NCBI GenBank assembly: GCA_002633005.1
Contig: NMRA01000421.1
Coordinates: 1-64,000, forward strand
Source: Phoronis australis
Lineage: Eukaryota > Animalia > Phoronida
Length of the DNA stretch: 64,000 bases
Direction of reading: 5' to 3'
Under the pieces are notes generated by a model, which saw only the letters and a program-made list of their open reading frames with translations, had not been told where the DNA came from and made no database searches. Every line of letters starts with the position of its first letter. The first letter of the stretch is position 1. A program made the translations under genes and the position numbers. This document shows positions 60,915-64,000 of the stretch, in pieces.

Positions 60915-62621
60915 TTATTTTTGGACTTTTGACTTTTGCAAGGCGTATGATACAACAAAACGGGACATTATTTTTCAAGCTTTGAAGGCTTTTAATTTTG
61001 GACAGTGTTTTACACGATGGGTAGAAATAATCATAACAAACCAACAGCTTGTGTTGTCATTAAGTGTTTTATAACAGATTATTTTCGTTTAGAAAGGGGT
61101 GTGAGACAGGGTGATTCATTGTCGGGTCCATTATATTGCCTAGCTGTTGAAGTTGTGGCCAATTATATACGAGAGTGTAATTTAATTAAAGGCATAAGTG
61201 TTAAGAAAACTGAAGTTAAAATTCTCCAGTACGCAGATGACACTACCTTATTTCTTTATGACAAAAATTCTGGCATGAATTGTCTCAAATTTTTAGAACA
61301 TTTTGGTTTACTCTCGGGTCTCCAGCTAAATATTAAGAAATGTGAAGGGTTATATTTAGGTCGAGAAAACGAGTATTCTGAACCGCTTTATGGCTTCAAG
61401 TGGACTGGCAAACCAATCAAGAGTCTGGGAATATTTTTTAGTCATAACAAAAAAGAATATGATTTTTTAAATCTTGAACTCAAAATTAAGTCCTTTGAAA
61501 AGTCTCTTGATATCTGGAAAAGTCGCAATATTTCATTGTTAGGAAGGATCAATGTAATTAAAACATTTGCGCTGTCTAAAATAATTTACGTGATTAGCAA
61601 TTCAGGAATTGACAGCGAACGTAGAGCTAAGATAAATACTGTGATAAAAAATTTGTTTGGCAAAATAAACCACTTAGAACTAGAATAAAAACAAATGTGG
61701 ATGTAAATGCCCATGAAAATGGTGGTTTGACTGTTCCTGATATAAATATTATGTACAAGTCATTATTAGTTAAATTGATTACGCGTTGCTTAGATGGAAA
61801 CAATGAAATTTGAAAGTGTTTCCAGGGTATGTTTTTAAAACATATGAAGGTATTTTGATCTTTAAGTCAAATTATGATTGTAAATTGCTGTCTCTTGCAA
61901 ATATTGATACCTTCTATCTTGACATCTTGATTGTTTGGGAAGAAATTAGTGCTCATTTACATAAGGACATAACAATTGTAAACAAAGTAGTATGGAATAA
62001 CAAAATTATTGATTAATAGGAGGACTGTATTCTTTAATAGTTTCTTTGAGGCTGGTATTACTTTTGTGAAGGTTCTTTTGAATTTTGAAAATAAATTTTT
62101 GACATGGGAGCTTTTGAAAGATAGATATAAGCTTTCAAATTGGATTCATTATGCTGCTTTGAGACGTGCGATTAAATTGAAAGCTGATCCTTCGATTTCA
62201 AAATGCATACATCCCCAGTCAAGACAAATTACTAATGTGTTTTCTAGAAATATTTTGCTTTCCAAAATTGTTTTGCCTCCTGATATAGAATTCACCTTAA
62301 CTGACATTTACTTTAGACTACGAATTAAACAAATTTATGTTCTTCCACACAAACTCTTGTTACCTCCTTATGTTAAAACCTTCAAGTACTTCTATATTCA
62401 TAGAAAAGTGTTTACAAAATTTATTTTGAAAAAGATGAACTTAGTCAGTGATGACAAGTGTGCATCTTGTGGAATTTTGAGACTTTTAACCATATGTTTG
62501 TGGAATGTGGTTCAGTGAAAACTTTGTGGTGTGAAATTCAGAAACTTTTAATTGACGTAACTGCACAACACGATTTAATCCAAGATAGGAATGTTATTTT
62601 GACAGCATATTTTCGATGTAA
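60915..62621 (+). mobile_element. L1/Tx1-clade LINE ORF2, 5'-truncated and frameshifted
   Basis: DFCKAYD, GVRQGDSLS, YADD, GGL and C-terminal CxxC..ETFNHMFVEC motifs across several frames. Confidence 0.9.
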
Positions 62622-62815
62622 NNNNNNNNNNNNNNNNNNNNNNNNNNNNNNNNNNNNNNNNNNNNNNNNNNNNNNNNNNNNNNNNNNNNNNNNNNNNNNN
62701 NNNNNNNNNNNNNNNNNNNNNNNNNNNNNNNNNNNNNNNNNNNNNNNNNNNNNNNNNNNNNNNNNNNNNNNNNNNNNNNNNNNNNNNNNNNNNNNNNNNN
62801 NNNNNNNNNNNNNNN

Positions 62816-64000
62816 TTGTCATTAAGTGTTTTATAACAGATTATTTTCGTTTAGAAAGGGGTGTGAGACAGGGTGATTCATTGTCGGGTTCATTATATTG
62901 CCTAGCTGTTGAAATTGTGGCCAATTATATACGAGAGTGTAATTTAATTAAAAGCATAAGTGTTGAGAAAACTGAAGTTAAAATTCTCCAGTACGCAGAT
63001 GACACTACCTTATTTGTTTATGACAAAAATTCTGGCATGAATTGTCTCAAATTTTTAGAACATTTTGGTTTACTCTCGGGTCTCCAGCTAAATATTAAGA
63101 AATGTGAAGGGTTATATTTAGGTCGAGACCACGAGTATTCTGAACCGCTTTATGTCTTCAAGTGGACTGGCAAACCAATCAAGAGTCTGGGAATATTTTT
63201 TAGTCATAACAAAAAAGAAAATGATTTTTTAAATCTTGAACTCAAAATTAAGTCCTTTAAAAAGTCTCTTGATATCTTGAAAAGTCGCAATATTTCATTG
63301 TTAGGAAGGATCAATGTAACTAAAACATTTGCGCTGTCTAAAATAATTTACGTGATTAGCAATTTAGGAATTGACAGCGAACGTAGAGCTAAGATAAATA
63401 CTGTGATAAAAAATTTTGTTTGGCAAAATAAACCACTTATAACTAGAATAAAAACAAATGTGGATGTAAATGCCCATGAAAATGGTGGTTTGACTGTTCC
63501 TGATATAAATATTATGTACAAGTCATTATTAGTTAAATTGATTACGCGTTGCTTAGATGCAAACAATGAAATTAGTGTTTCCAGGGTATGTTTTTAAAAC
63601 ATATGAAGGCATTTTGATCTTTAAGTCAAATTATGATTGTAAATTGCTGTCTCTTGCAAATATTGATACCTTTTATCTTGACATCTTGATTGCTTGGGAA
63701 GAAATTAGTGCTCACTTACATAAGGACATAACAATTGTAAAAAAAGTAGTGTGGAATAACAAAAACATATTGATTAATAGGAGGACTGTATTCTTTAATA
63801 GTTTCTTTGAGGCTGGTATTACTTTTGTGAAGGTTCTTTTGAATTTTGAAAATAAATTTCTGACATGGGAGGTTTTGAAAGATAGATATAAGCTTTCAAA
63901 TTGGATTCATTATGCTGCTTTGAGACGTGCGATTAAGTTGAAAGCTGATCCTTCGATTTCAAAATGCATACATCCCCAGTCAAGACAAATTACTAATGTG
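62816..64000 (+). mobile_element. Second near-identical copy of the L1/Tx1 LINE ORF2 segment
   Basis: Repeats ~61053-62240 after a 194-N gap; RT motifs intact, at least one frameshift near 63580. Confidence 0.9.

Noticed and set aside
62458-63597. 379-aa ORF spanning the N gap
   Set aside because: Artefact joining the end of LINE copy 1 to the middle of copy 2 through 194 Ns.

Overview
Repeat-rich, AT-rich eukaryotic (animal) genomic DNA, most likely from a marine lophotrochozoan invertebrate (inferred from gene content). There are three host genes, all on the + strand. (1) The 3' five exons (1255-6486) of a chitin-binding-type-2 + laminin-G (Pif/LamG3-like) matrix-protein gene. (2) A two-coding-exon SLC35D3-like nucleotide-sugar transporter (26922-29458), plus a second copy of its last exon (32144-32697). 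(3) Two intronless CSGALNACT-like chondroitin GalNAc-transferase ORFs (41704-43164, 48878-50341). Every long near-identical duplication starts or ends exactly at an assembly N (61, 31587, 43383, 62622-62815). These are probably uncollapsed haplotypes rather than true tandem paralogues, and they expose allele-specific MITE insertions. The rest is a mix of decayed transposons: Kolobok (THAP + P2X7-like KolX), hAT-like elements with consistent 5-bp target duplications, pogo-like (DDE_1 + PHD), Helentron-type HINE, ISL2EU-like, Academ-like and LINEs, plus several near-perfect palindromes. No rRNA, tRNA or CRISPR array was seen. I found no clearly new biological system. The best leads are the 5-bp-TSD hAT family, the glycan/matrix gene neighbourhood, the amino-acid divergence between the CSGALNACT copies and a 73-bp palindrome. 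All alignments and counts were done by eye.
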